Shown here: positions 24,038 to 37,882 of the stretch, in pieces
Numbering within the stretch: the first letter of the stretch is position 1
How the letters are laid out: every line of letters begins with the position of its first letter
Assembly: GCA_900617105.1 (NCBI GenBank)
Contig: UYFQ01000609.1
Coordinates: 62,001 to 124,550 of the forward strand
From: Hydrurus foetidus
Lineage: Eukaryota
Length of the DNA stretch: 62,550 bases
Direction of reading: 5' to 3'
The notes under the pieces: model-generated
Told to the model about the DNA's origin: nothing
The model's database searches: none
Seen by the model: only the letters and a program-made list of their open reading frames with translations
Translations under genes and position numbers: made by a program

Positions 24038-25596
24038 TACGTACATAGGGCCTAAGTTTCGTTCAGTCTCCGACACTTGTTTGGGAAAAAGAAAAAAGAA
24101 AAAACGACTTGAAAAAATAAGGTAAAGGGAAATACGAAATACTAAATACATACTATACAGTTCAGCACATGAATCAATTTTAAAAGCTGTGAAATCTGCA
24201 TTATTTATTTAGCTGTGTGTGGCAAAAGGCCGACATCCATTTATAATGTGTGATGCGATGCGATGTCGTGATCCGATACTCCTCGTAGTTTTAAAAGTCT
24301 CGACGGCACGTAACGAAGTTGTGAGGATTTTTTAAAATACGAATTTTAAAAATTACAGTTTCGAGAAAAAAATCAAACAAAAAAGAAGAGGAATTTCAAT
24401 CAGTTCAAAAAAAGAGAGAAAATGGTGAGAATAATTTTCGCGCCAACTGTCGGGAATGCATCTGGCTTGTCAGTTTCACAGCGTTGAAGATCGAATATTC
24501 GATATTAAAAAAATTGGTATTTTCAATTGACTAGTTATATTTCACAGTGACACCGAACTGCTTCACATACCAGAGTTGGGAAAGCAATCGGTGAAACTCT
24601 CTTTTGATTTGGTTCGACTCCTGCGCAGGGTTGTGTGCTTATTTTCGACACTGATATCAGTGATTAATGAAAGTTTTGGGACTTGTGAGAATCCTACAGA
24701 TAATTAATAAATTACTCGATCCGGCTGAGAGTAATCTCAATAATGATTTCATTAATTCTCACGACTTATTACATTTACGTACTAGGCACTAGACTCTCAT
24801 GACTCATGAGGCTCCACCGATCCAAATTATTCTGTGCAGTACAAATAAATCGAGGAGGTACTATACTATAGGGTGTAGGGTACTGGATATTAATTTACTC
24901 GTACGTATGATGAACAAATCATGACAAAATATCAACATGAAGTTTACTACAACAAATAGTAAATTGTTCTGTGTAATTTGTATTTCTGTAGAAGGATTGA
25001 CAAGTGACCTATGTAAATCTAAAAAAGATATCGAGTGAAAACCGTTTAAATCTATTTGTGCTCTGCATCAGTTTCGGAGAAACCGAGTCTCTAGGTTTCG
25101 GGGTAACGAACAAATATTGCATTTCCCAACATAGAAGGCAAATATTCCGTGTTAGCTAATTTTCTGCTAGTCGTTTGATTTTTTTCCTCTATAGAATAAA
25201 TCGAATAGTTGTATCCGGGCAATCGGGAAGTTGTACCTTCTTGATATCTTATGGCAGCGCTGGCTGCACAAATCGAACCAAAAAACCCAGGGGGAAATTG
25301 GACTGTGCGACGAAGCTGCCCATAAGCACTTGGTTTTCCGTTTCAAATTGCTAACCTAAATAAATTGGAAGTATGGAATAACTTTCGGAACGGAACATTT
25401 TTGCTACTGTGCTGTATTTATGACGGAAATGTAATGATCCGATGCTGAATAGTCTGGGAAACATATCAGGTTATTCTTACACTTTTATGGAGCTAAAAAT
25501 CAGACTACCTCTATAGAATAGAATAGCCTTAACGCTAGAAATAGCTCAATCGTAGCAATAGATACTGCAATGCTGTAACTCCTGTTAACGTGATTC

Positions 25597-28500
25597 TTAG
25601 TGGGGATACCATCTACCGTTTTTCAATGCTGCGATTTGATGCAAAGAGTCTCTGAAAAGCGAAGCATACTGATCACCCAAATCGCCAAAATGTTCCAATA
25701 TTGTATTTGTCGCGAGACCACATTCAGTCTTTCTCTTGCCTGGAAAAAACAGAACTTCGAGCCGTCCAAGGATATCAGCAGAAATGGATTTGGGAGCAGT
25801 GATAGTGACGGCACTGACACTAGTCGGAGCTACTGTATCGGCACTCCTCTGGACTGTCACAGTCGATGATGCAGTGTCTCTGCTAGTCGAGGATGAGGGC
25901 ACGATACTCCGTGTCTCTGTGCTCATTTGACTCGCCCTGAGCCCTGCTAACATGCGCGCTGACGAAGTGCCTCCGAATCTGTTAGGAGGTGCCAAAGGCT
26001 TATCCGGTATACGTGCTGTGTTCTGAACAGGAGCACTCCTTTGATCCGTACTACGGTAAGATGGAGCGGATGCCTGCAGCTGCATCAACGCTTGATCGAC
26101 AGCAGCACTGGCCTGCTCTTGCACTGCCCTTGCCTCTCTAGCCGCGTCACTTCCCCCCATGCCAGGCTCAATGTAGCTGTGATCGTATACAGCGCTTAGA
26201 GCTTCACCATCGAACAATGCTTGTAGAAGTCTCCTGTCTCTGCTGTTGCTGTCTTGATCATCACCGGCACTGTCTACTTTGGCACCACTAACGGAAGACG
26301 ACGATGATAAAGAAGTAGTGGTGATAGGAAATATCTCCTGCTCAACGAATATTTCAGAATCCATAGAATAGCTACTCTTTGATTGGACAGCTTCATCATC
26401 CTCGACATCGACTAGATCGGATTCTGCATGATTCGTAGCGACATTATCAGCTAATTTGATTTTTCCTTCATCAGGTAAATCACTTTTAATCTTAACGCCT
26501 GTCTTATTATTTGGCGTGTCGTCATCTTCGAAATTAAATAATTCTTTAATGTCAGACTTAGTGAAGAGGGCCTTCTGTTTCGGGTCGTCCAGAATCCGAC
26601 TGGTTAAGAGCAACTTAAAGATTTGTCGCTGGTAAATCTTTTCCTCTATTGTCCCTCTGCATATCAGCCGGTATATAGTGACGTCTCGGAGTTGACCAAG
26701 CCTCCAGGCTCTCTCTCTTGCTTGAACGTCAGTCTACACATCATGGGGAAAGAGGGCAGGGAAGGGCAAGTAGAGAATGAGGGATTGGTTGGACTAGTAC
26801 GATATTATCACACATTTGAGACAGCACTGATGATGCATAAAAACACTTCTGATGGACAGAAGGGTTAACAAAGAGAGCAATCAAATAGTAAATCGTGAAT
26901 GCAGATAAGAGTAGAATAGGGAAGGATAGTTACCTGGGGGTTCCAGTCAGGGTCAATAAGCACAACTCTGTTAGCAGCTGTGAGTGAGATGCCAACACCA
27001 CCAGTCCGCGTCGTAAGAATCATGAGAAATACAGTGGGGTCTTTATTGAAAGTCTCAATGATTCCCTCCCTTTTCGAGACTGGTGTCATACCATCTAATC
27101 TCATGAACCTAAATGCAAATTGCTTCATCATAAGCTCGAGAAGATTGAGCATAGAATGTGTCTGTGTGAAGAGTAAAACTTTGTGCCCTTCACTGTACCA
27201 GAGAGGTAGTACTTTATACAGCACCATTAGCTTTCCCGAGTCTTCCCACTTTACATTGCTGGGATCGAGATGTGCCTCCTCTGTCTCCAACTCATCCTCT
27301 GGCTGATCTTCCCAGTCACGCACTCTCTTGTCCTTTTTCTTGCTGTCTTTCAAAGCCTTGGATTTTGAAGTGTTCTTTGTCTGCTCATCCTGCCACACTA
27401 TTCTTCCACTTTGAAATACCAAATCAGGATGATTGCACAATTTTCGAAGGGTATTAATTGCCCGAAACGGCATCATTTTCTTGTCTATCACAGACTGAAC
27501 TTCGCTTGATGCAAGTATTGAACGATAAATATCTTTTTGTCGCTCTGATAATTTGCAGAACAGTACTTGTTCTATTTTCTTGGGAAGTTTCGTGATTGCA
27601 GAGAGGTCATCTTTCTTCCTACGCAGTAAATAGGGCCTCACTATGCGCTGCAATGTCGCAGCACAGCGCACAGCTACCTCTGCCTGCAGCTTAGATGCAT
27701 TACGATATCCTCCAGCCCTGATTGGCTCACAGAATTCTAGTTCGAACACCGTCAAGGCGCCTAGTCTGCCCGGATATATGAAGTCAAACAAACTCCAGAG
27801 CTCCCTCAAAGAGTTCTGAATGGGCGTGCCGCTCAGTATGATGCGATGGTATGAGGGGAGCACCTTACACACAGCAGCAACATCTGTCTCTGGATTCCGT
27901 ATTTTCTGCCCTTCATCCAGACACACGCCTGTCCATTCAAGCATGCTCAATGACTCTTTGCGCCTCCTGAGTCCATCGTATGTTATCAGCACCACCAGCC
28001 CTTGCGTACCTTCGAAACGCTGAAGCTTGCGTAGTACATACTCTACAGCTGTTAGGAGATGACAGTGCAATAGTGAGATAACGAGATAATCATGTTCAAT
28101 GCACTGCGTGATTACACGTACCGCACAGACAACATCTGCTACGGACGTGCAGAACACAGTACATACATGCTGCACTAACACACCTGACTCCGTCAGCTGC
28201 TGCACCTCAGCACCTGTCTTACTGATGCTGTGCATGATGATGACCCGTAGGGCAGGCACCCATCTGTGGAACTCCTTCAGCCAGTGCTGCAGAACAGTAG
28301 CAGGACACACCACGAGGAATATTCCGTTCTTGCCCCTTAACTTTCTATGTTTCCTAGATAAAGATCCAAAATGACAGCACAGCTGCGCAGTTTTCCCTAG
28401 CCCCATTTCGTCTCCTAGAATACCTCCAACTCCACTTTCGTACAGACTATTGAGCCACTTTACGCCTTCTCTTTGGTACTCAAACAAATCTTTCCAAGTC

Positions 28501-30265
28501 TTCTTATCCACGTCAAGAGAGTCATCAATTAATTCGTAACCTTGATGTACATGTAATTCTTCGACAGCGTCAGTTTTGTCATGATTATCGTGGTCCAATT
28601 TATCTGCACCTCCCTCACTTTTGACCTTGACACTTTTGTCAACAAATCCGTTTAGACCTATGGCTTCCAACCTGCCTAGATAAAAATCATCTTCCCAGTC
28701 ATCGAAGACCTCCACCCTATCCTCCTCAATTAATCCCTTGCTGTTCATTCCTCTACCTTTAATCTCTTTCATTAACTTGTCCGCTTTTCTTTTGTCTTTG
28801 CCTTTCAATATTGGCTCCGCAATAAAACCCTTCATTACAGGCACTTTCTTGTTCTTTGCCTTTGCTGCCTTCGAGTAAGAAGTATTTTTCGATTTTTTCT
28901 GATTTGCTTTGCTTATTGGCAGATCGTCTTCATCTTCATCATCATCATCATCATCATCAGTGTCTTCAAGACGGTCGGAGTTTCCACCATTTGAAAGGGT
29001 ATCCGAAGATTCATTTTCATCATCCTCACTCTCACTTCTGCTCTCCGTATAAACGCTTTTAAATTTTCTTTCACGAAGCCGATGTGAATTTGAGTGGTTA
29101 CTTTTTCGCTCATCTTTTATGGCAAGATCAAGAGGAGAGTGAATGTCCTCTTTCTCTTCATCGATCTCGTCAGACACTGATTCGTTCTCATGAGTCTTCG
29201 ATATTGTCGTTTCTGAGCGCCTCATGCATCTGTCAATATGCTTATCCAATACTATGGCTGCACTGAGTTTCCCGATGGGCAGAGCGTTGTTGCAAATCGG
29301 ACATGTCACTGATTCTCCTACCGGTTGATCTGAACCTCGGCATCTGGAAGTCTTCTTCTCGTTTGGTGGACTTAATTTATTTTCTCGTCTAACTCTCTTG
29401 TTCGAGCTTCTTTTTCCTTCTACTAAATGCAAATTTTTGTTCCCTTTTACCGTCCTTTCTTCGCTACCGTCTATATGTTCGCCTGCTTCTTCCATGGCGA
29501 AGGAGCTGATAGGTGTCACGTTGGCACACCGAGTCACTCCCAACGACTCATGTTTGATAGACTGAGTATCCTCCTCGACAGACAAGCTTGCCCGATCTCC
29601 TTCTACAATGAAGCTCCTGCTACTGCTGTCTCGAATACCATTCCTTGCCTCCGAATTCAGCTGAGATATCGCAGAGTCGTCGATATTCCATTTTTGAGCA
29701 AGTCGATTCTTCCCATGAACATGTAAATTCAAATCGTTGAGCCCCAGGTTACTGCTACTGCTGACACCGCCCTTGGAGTATGAACTAAATGACGAGAGGC
29801 TGTGACCAGGGGACTTTCCGATTTGGTTTAATGACACAAACTTAACCTCAGGGCGATTGATGTTTGAATTAGGCAGTCGTCTAGAAGTGTTCGCGATGCT
29901 CCTATTTTGAGTACCATCACCGACATAAGGGGTAGTTGATGAAACAACATCATCTCTGAGCTGATTTGTCCCACGAGGTACTCAAAAGACTTCAATTTCA
30001 TGACAGCGATATCATGAGGAATAGACGCCCCATGGAAAGGTCTACAATTTTCTTCCTCACGTCGGAGTGCAGACAAAATTGATAAATGTGATTCTCTTGA
30101 CAGCTCTGGAAATCCCCCGATCACACTTAGAGAATCATGACATGGTAGTTCGTCTTTCACTTTCGGAAACCTAATTGTTTTGAGTACCCTTTCCCGCAGG
30201 ATGCTACGTTGTACATCACTTTCGTTCTCATTAACAGCTCCTAGTTCCCTCAAAATCGATTCCAT
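25597..30265 (-). CDS. ERCC6: ERCC6/CSB (Rad26)-like SNF2 ATPase
   Basis: [63 protein letters not shown] and a CSB-like C-terminal winged-helix end ([10 protein letters not shown]...GRW). Introns 28183-28049 and 26933-26734; apparent frameshift or intron near 29970. Confidence 0.88.
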
Positions 30266-30387
30266 GGCATCGAGGTGCCACCAAAGTACGCGGATGAAGC
30301 ACTGGCTAATGACTTACGCTCCTCCTGTCACGCCTACATTCATCGATGATGTTATATCTCCACTACACAGTGAACTGTGAACCCTCA

Positions 30388-30651
30388 CATGCGAAACATA
30401 CAAAAAACGAAACCTCAATCCTCGAATCCTCAAAACACGGGTTTCCAGAATTCCTCAAATCGGTGAAACCGAACCAGCCACTTTTTCGTAATTTTGAGTT
30501 TTGAGGTTTTCAAATTCCTCGTTTTGAAGCCCTCGGATCGAGGAATTCAAAACGAGGAATCCAAAAAAACACGAGGTCTTGGGTCCAAAAGGGCCGAGGA
30601 TTTTCGGAAAACCCGTGTTTTGAGGATTTTTTATTTTGTATGTTTCGACTG
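30388..30651. mobile_element. MITE (264 bp) of the Harbinger-like family at 40874
   Basis: TIRs CATGCGAAACATACAAAA / TTTTGTATGTTTCGACTG, 3-bp TSD TCA (30385-30387, 30652-30654). A near-identical copy is split between 40887-41014 and 47623-47766. Confidence 0.9.
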
Positions 30652-31532
30652 TCATTACAGACAGCGCGACGTCATCGTGACTTTTTAAGCGTACGTACGT
30701 GTCGGAATGGGTGTGGAAATCGACGATCTCCTCTTTTCTCTACTTCACCGCGTCCAAGTTCTGTCGCGATCCCCAACAAGAGGCCAATATCACACGCAAA
30801 GTTTTACTGCTTGAAGAAGTGCTTGCTGCAAAAAGACTCGGAAGTCCAGATTGAGTTCTCTGGAAAGGCAGGTGCAATTGACATGGATTAGGCTTTACTT
30901 CGATACTGTGATGAAGACAATTTATTGAAGTATTGTATTGTGAATCAGTACGTCGAAGACTCTGCAATAGGAAATAACTGAAGCAGCTCTACTTTTGCTG
31001 GTATGACAGTTGTGATACAGTTCGTTTTCTGATGTTTATCTGATTACGTACAGTTATTCTTCATAAAATGATAGGCTCTTCTTCAACGGCTTCCGAAGAT
31101 CACAAAATACTTCAATCAAACTATAAAAAAAAGAAAACTGATAGGGCTGGTGCTTAATCTGATTTTGGACCGATGAGCAGAGTGAGGTACCTTGGTTTGA
31201 CTTGTGGGATTCGCATTATACAGGAGAATCTGGCGGAGGAAAGAGTTCTGTGGATTGAAGATTCGTAATTCTTGAGGTAGATTGAAAGAAAAGGATTACA
31301 ATGGGCCTGAAAATTTAGATATTGCAGATTTGGCGTTGGTATTGAGTCAGAAACCACTGAAAAAGACTGTGCGCTATGCTGTAACTTTTTTGAGGGGGAG
31401 GTCCTGAATTTTGGTGAAGATTCTGAATTTTTGGTAAAAGTTTAATTGCTGTTTCGTAACCAGCGAGTATATTTTGTATTTTGTACTTTGTAATTCAGTA
31501 TACTGTGTACGGTGTACGGCATCTGCCATCTG

Positions 31533-31635
31533 CTGTATGCTGTATGCTGTATGCTGTATGCTGTATGCTGTATGCTGTATGCTGTATGCTGTATGCTGTA
31601 TGCTGTATGCTGTATGCTGTATGCTGTATGCTGTA
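31533..31635. repeat. (CTGTATG)n microsatellite
   Basis: About 14 perfect 7-mer copies upstream of BBS8. Confidence 0.95.
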
Positions 31636-31784
31636 CAGTGTACAGAAGTACTCTGTAAGCTGTAAGTAGTAAGTACAGAGTACAGTAGTCGACTGTCTAC
31701 TGCCTCCTATTGGTGCTGCCTACACATTATATTCCGCTTCAGCGCCAGCTCTTTCGTGTGACATTTTGCCTGTTACATTTCATT

Positions 31785-33854
31785 ATGGATCCTTTATGGA
31801 ATGCGATGAGCAACTTACGGCGGGGAAACTTGGATAAGTGTATCACTATTTGTGATATGATGCTTTCGGAGAATCCTGGAGATCAGGTTAGTCTTAAGCT
31901 ATTATTTAAGGTCATCTCCTCAGGATCAGCATATCATGCATTTTCTCCATTCAATCCGATTCAGGCAGCTTGGACCATGAAATGTAAGGCTGTCATTCAG
32001 CAGAACTACATCGATGACATTGAACTAGATGAAGAGGGTGTCGCAGAAATGCTAATGGATGAGAATGCCGTAGCCTCGACGCCACGCCCCGGAACATCTT
32101 TAAATGCACCTCAGGTATCCAGCAAGAGTGGCAGTTACGATCAAGGCCTGAGGCCGGTGACGCAATCAGGTAGGCCTGTCACCGGTTTTGTCCGGCCTTC
32201 GAGCTCTCGCCCAATGTCAGGCATAACAAATGTAAGAGACGCACTGCAAAGCGGTCGACGGACTGGATCAGCACGCCCTATGACGACGCTTGGACGGGAG
32301 GTCCGTCTGGGCACAGCCTCTTTGGCAACATCAACAACGGGATCCCTTATAGATGTTGATAAGCTAAACGTGAAGAAGTATGCTTCCCGTAATGGACTTG
32401 CTATGGTTTTGACGGATTACCTTCTCTATGTGGAGCATAATACGCGAAAAGCTCTCGAGCTGTGTGCTGAAGCAACAAAAGAAAATGAATTTAAGAGCTG
32501 GTGGTGGAAAGCGCGTCTCGGGAAATGCTATTTTAAATTAGGTGAGGGTGACTGTCTGTAGAGAGACTTCAATCGCAATACAAATAAATCCTCTGAACCA
32601 TGCAATGTAGGTCTACTGCGCGACGCTGAGCAGCAACTTCGATCATCCATAAAAACGCAGCCAATAATAAGCACTTACCTGGATCTGTGCAATGTCTACT
32701 TGCGATTAGATCTACCTAATACAGCAATCGATTTGCTCACTGACGCGAGGTGACTATGATTGAAATCTCTCGGAGAGCAGGGATAACTCACACAATTTGT
32801 GTCGATCAACTATTCGATTGGCCCTCCTATCTTTTAATTCAATCTGCCTTGTCTATCTGTTGCAGCACTAAATTCACGATGGAGCCAAGGATACTATTGG
32901 GCATCGCTAGAATTCACGATATGCTCAATGACCCAGACAAAGCCATTGGATTCTACAAGAGAGTACTAGTGCTAGATGCTTCCAATGTGGAATCTATAGC
33001 GTGTCTGGGGGCGCATTATTTTTATGCTGATCAGGTGCACTCTTGCGTAGAAATGCTATTTCTAAGATTTTTCACTTTACAGATTTCACTTCGGTGTGTT
33101 TGAATAATGCTTGTGCTTTTTTATCCGCAGCCGGAGATGTCGATACGCTATTATAGACGGCTCTTGCAGATGGGAGTGAACAATACCGAGCTGTGGAACA
33201 ACATAGGCCTGTGTTGCTTTTATTCTTCACAGTACGACATGTCTCTCAACTGCTTTGACAGAGCACTCAGCATGGCTTCAGATGATGACATGGCGGATGT
33301 ATGGTGAGAAATATTTTGTTTTTTACTGGGTCAGGATCTGCATCTTAATCGTTTGAAGGGACCGTATTTCCTCATATGCGTAACACACTACTTTTCTGTG
33401 TTCTAGGTACAATATAGGGCATGTGGGCACTGCTCTAGGCGATCTCGGACTGGCCTACCAGGCCTTCAAGGTGGCTGTGTCAGTCGACCCCACTCACGGT
33501 GAAGCACTGAACAATATCGCTGTTCTAGAGATGAGGAGACAGAAGTTCGACCTAGCCAGATCGTGTCTGAACTCCAGTGCGGATCTTGGACCGCACCTAT
33601 TCGAACCCCTGTACAATACAGGTGACACATAGTCCGTAGCCAACTTCTCTGACACGTTAAGCACCTGAAAAGGACCCTCCTCGAGTCAATATTAATAACT
33701 TTTGCATCTGTTTCTCTCAGCTTTGATGTCGTATCGCATGGGCGATTTCCAAGAGGCGTACACGTGCACACAGAAGGCACTCAAGATTTACCCTAATCAC
33801 GGCGACTCAAAGGAATTACTGACCCTGCTGCAAAAAATGTTCTCATCAATGTGA
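31785..33854 (+). CDS. TTC8: BBSome subunit BBS8 / tetratricopeptide repeat protein 8
   Basis: MDPL..., PGDQAAW, DENAVASTPRPGTSL, RPVTQSGRPVTGFVRP, VRLGTASL, WWWKARLGKCY and YYRRLLQMG motifs. Exons ~31785-31886, 31965-32541, 32611-32749, 32866-33034, 33131-33303, 33407-33621, 33721-33854. Confidence 0.95.
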
Positions 33855-34948
33855 TGGATTTTTCCGCTTGTTTTATTTGCATACTCGCTACATCCTGGAT
33901 ACATTCCTGCGACACTGCGAAATTGGAGAGTTATTGTTTCCAATGACGCGCTCTTCAATTACCGAGGGATGGCCGACAGAATCTCCTGAAGCGTTATGCT
34001 CAACATCTCTATTGAAGTGTGATCTGCTGTGTAGTGAAACCAACGTCACTTAATTTTGTCGTGATCTGGTCCTTTCTTATATCAGTCACAGAAGATGCTT
34101 CTGTGCGAAAGACACAAGACTTACTCACAGAACGCACCCTCTCTCCATATTTTCCTTTATATCTCATGTTTGCCAATTTACATGATCTTCTGAACACTTA
34201 CATATCAGTACTTGCTGTGCATCAGTCGCTATGCGAGAGAGATTACTCCAATTAACGACTAACAGAACGATTGTCGAAACTACCAAAAAGGAGATCTTCT
34301 ATCGTTGTCCGAATGATCCATCTCAATACGCCCCTACGCTCATCGGGATGATCTGCATCCTTTTCTATCTTGATCGCGTGAGATGTAAGCACTAGTGAGT
34401 AACCTACACCGTAGTATCCCTCCTTCCCAATGCCAACATAATCTCTGTTCCATGGTACACGGTTCCAGTGCTGTCATGCATCTATTCCCACAGGGATATG
34501 AAAACGCTGGCCTCTCAGGCTCCTTACCCAAAACATCGAAAAGGAAGATTTCCCGCCGCACTAGTCACTGAGGCCGATTATGGAATCCTGTGACACCTTC
34601 GACGCCCGAGGTGATGAGAAGTTTTTGAGGATTCGAACGCGTCTTTCGACGTCTCGCTGCTTTTACTTACCCCTCAAAGCCAAGAACGAGAATTTAGTTC
34701 CAAACTCATTGGGTATGTCGATAAGGTAATCTCTTCTAGTTGACAGCCCACAGCATTCGATTACGTCAGGGTTACCGAGATAATTTTGCGTATCAGGATG
34801 GACTTGTTTTGTTGATAGCCTAAGTCGTAAGGTTTTAACGTTGCCGTGTGCAGATAAAGAAGCTTAAGGTATTAGCAAAGTAGTCGAAGAAGGCATGTAA
34901 GAAGGGCTAATCACTGTATCAGTGCGCACGTCAGGGAATGGTATTCTG

Positions 34949-37882
34949 CTAATTAGATAGGGAGTCAGATAGACTGGCATGTGCGGGAGTTACAGACATG
35001 TCTGAAAAAGATAATGCAAGAGATTGTGCAGCAGCTATTTGGGCAGGAATGAGGTCTGCCATCGGAAATCCATTAGAGGCGCAACTTCCAGTGCATACGA
35101 GAGAGCAGCGTGTGGTGAGATGTCCCGTCATTTTAGAAGTAAGATATAGTACCACAGGTGTCGTTATAGTGAGTTCGATTAATTCGAAAGCGAGGATATT
35201 GGGGTGCGTGAACATTGCTTTGCCGCCACTCCTCTGATTTTCTGTCTGATGCGCTTGGGCAGCTTGACGCTTTCTGAGGGTGAGAAGTTGACTTTGCTGA
35301 TTAAAATCACTGCTGATATCTACCATTTCGTCTACAAAGAGCTTAAATTTGAGACCCAGGCTACTAGCTGATACTTGAAATGTTTTGGGTCCTATGCCAA
35401 CAACTGTCGCGTCCACATACATCGGCTTCTGTCTGAGGTACGTGGCGAAATACAGTTCGTCACTGCTTTCTGAAGCGTTTTTCGCTTTCGATTTCATGAT
35501 GTTACAGTTGTTTGCAATCTGTGTGTAAAGCTCGAGTCTCCCGGTGTTTCCTGCTTCTAGTTGTGCGGCGCTACTATCTCTCATGCCGAGATCCAGCAGA
35601 CGGTGCACTAGGACATCCGCATATCTGTTGCAATTATATTTGACGAGATGGGATAATTCAAATGCCTTTAGCAGTGCAGAGCACATGCAGAGAATGAGTG
35701 GTGTAGTCTCACCTTCTAATAGGGGATGTGAAGTGGGTGTAGTATGGAATGTCAAGGGCGTAGTGCGCCCACTCGAACGATTCATGATTGCCTGCAACTA
35801 TGTAAAATGCAGGGTTGAGAGTCTCCATCAGCAGCTGACTCAGTGTGCCGTCCAGCGCGACATCATCCTTCTGTAGATTCAGGGAGAGGATGCTCTCGTG
35901 CATTTTTTTCGAGTTTGATGTATCTAACTCGATGTTATGAGCCTTCGCCAAAGCTTTCACATAAGAGAGTTTGTCAGAGTCAGGTGGATTGTGATGTCGA
36001 AGCAATGCTGCAGCACCATTGTTAGTAAGCAATTGCTGCGCAACCAGGAAGTTTGCTAGCAACATGAATTCTTCGACTAAGTTGTTCGATTCTTTGATAG
36101 GGTAGTCTTGGAATGATGTAGGATTGCCGTCTTCATCGAGACGGAAAGACAGTTTGATGTTCTTTATCACAAGTGCCCCATTTCTATGTCTTGTCGCTCT
36201 TCGCTTCTGTGCGATTGAATTCATCATGCAGACGTCTTTCGAGCACTGCCACGCGGCATGTCCTTTTGGTTGACGCCTCTTTTCCCACACATCGTCTGAC
36301 AGAGCCTCCAGAAATAGATCTGGATTGGATCCATGACTAGGAGAAGATGGAATAATACCCTCTATCATGCGCTGTGCAGTGCTGTAATCGAGTTTAGCGC
36401 ATGATCGTATGACAGTCCGTCCAAAGTAAGGCTTCTCATCCACTAAGTTACCGTCAGCCGTCATTTTAAAGATGCAGGAGTATGCCAGGCGGTCAACATC
36501 AGGGTTGAGACTACAAAGTTGCTCACAGAGAATACTGGGTAGCATGGGGATCACCTTCTGCACAAGATAGATGGATGTAGCTCTTCTCCGCGCCTCCAGG
36601 TCAAGAAGAGTTCCTTCTTCGAGGAAGTAAGAGACGTCAGCTATATGGACCCTGTGTTGCGGTGAGACGACGGCGAAGTAAGCTTTTGATACGAAACCTC
36701 GTAGAGATCATGGTAATATTTGAAATCGCGCAGAAGCACATGCATGTAAACAATGCCGTTAGTGCCTCACCCGATTTCAAAAGTGCCATCTTCCAGTGGC
36801 GTTATGTGCAGTGCATCGTCAAGATCCTTCGCGTTGTAGGGGTCGATTGTGAAAATGCGATGCGACCGCAGATCTCTCCTCTTCGAAATTTCACTACCTG
36901 GAATTGCCCAATTAACTCTCTCGGTATCAATCCCTTTCAGTCCACCAGCACTCTGATTAGCTGCAACGTCGGGTCCAAAGAGCATTTCACGTAGAGGTAA
37001 TAGCATCTTGTTGCTGTGGGGCTGATGAAAAATTTCGTGCCTGACCAATAATGCCTCTGTCTCATCCTGAATCGAGCCTATCACGCCAACGGATCGGACA
37101 TTAGAACCTGGAGGGTTTCTGTATTTAGCAGGCCAAAATGATGTCATGTCTGCGCGAAAAATTTGATCCATCTGCCCTGAAGGATTTCTGATATAAGCTG
37201 CCGGCAAATTCGATCTATTTATGTTCATTTGGGGATATCTCGCATCAAATGGTTTGAAAATCACAGAGTGCACAGACTCAGGCAGCGGAGTATTTTTATG
37301 TAGATGGCACCCAGGCATCAATGAGCCATTATGGGCTAGTTTGCCCTGTCGAGTCATTATGTGGACAACTCTTCCAGTTGGTTGCACTTGATGGAGCTTA
37401 CAGTAATCTTCGATTTCTGAGTTGATAGTATTGATAACGGTGTTGTTTGCTCTTCTCGAGAATGCTCCTGTGAGGAGTGAATCGTGGACTTGCCATAGCT
37501 CTTTCTGAATTAAAGAGTCATCTTCTTTTGAATCAGCCTGGATCACGGATTGAGGACCATCAGTGGCACTAGTAGCAGATATTGGCAGTGGCCGTTTAAA
37601 TACTTTAAACCAATCAGATCTTGGTAGAAGTACGAGTGCAACAAGATCCTCGTGGAGTGCACGGTTGCGAAAAATTTCGTCACCAATATGAACATCGATT
37701 TTGAGACCTTCGCAAGTAACGTGCGATACTCTCCAATTGCTGCTGCTGACTCGAAGAACGCCTTTAAGATATATTCCTGAGGCGACACCATGATTTGTAT
37801 CTTGTAGGGAAAGATATTCCTCGAAAAGGTTCTTTTCCTCGTAAATCTTATCAGAAGTTCTGCTGTCGATTCTAGTTCTCAT
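34949..37882 (-). CDS. DIS3L2: DIS3-like exonuclease 2 (RNase II/RNB family)
   Basis: IFTIDPYNAKDLDDALH, IGVHIADVS, LVEEFMLLAN and YTHFTSPIRR|YADVLVHR motifs; no PIN domain seen at the N-terminus. Introns 36770-36652 and 35712-35625. Confidence 0.85.

Noticed and set aside
24611..24621. B-box GGTTCGACTCC suggesting a tRNA or SINE
   Set aside because: No convincing A box or cloverleaf upstream.
24040..25590. Additional hAT-like element starting TAGGGCCTAAG at ~24046
   Set aside because: No matching right TIR with a TSD found; AT-rich, probably old repeat debris.
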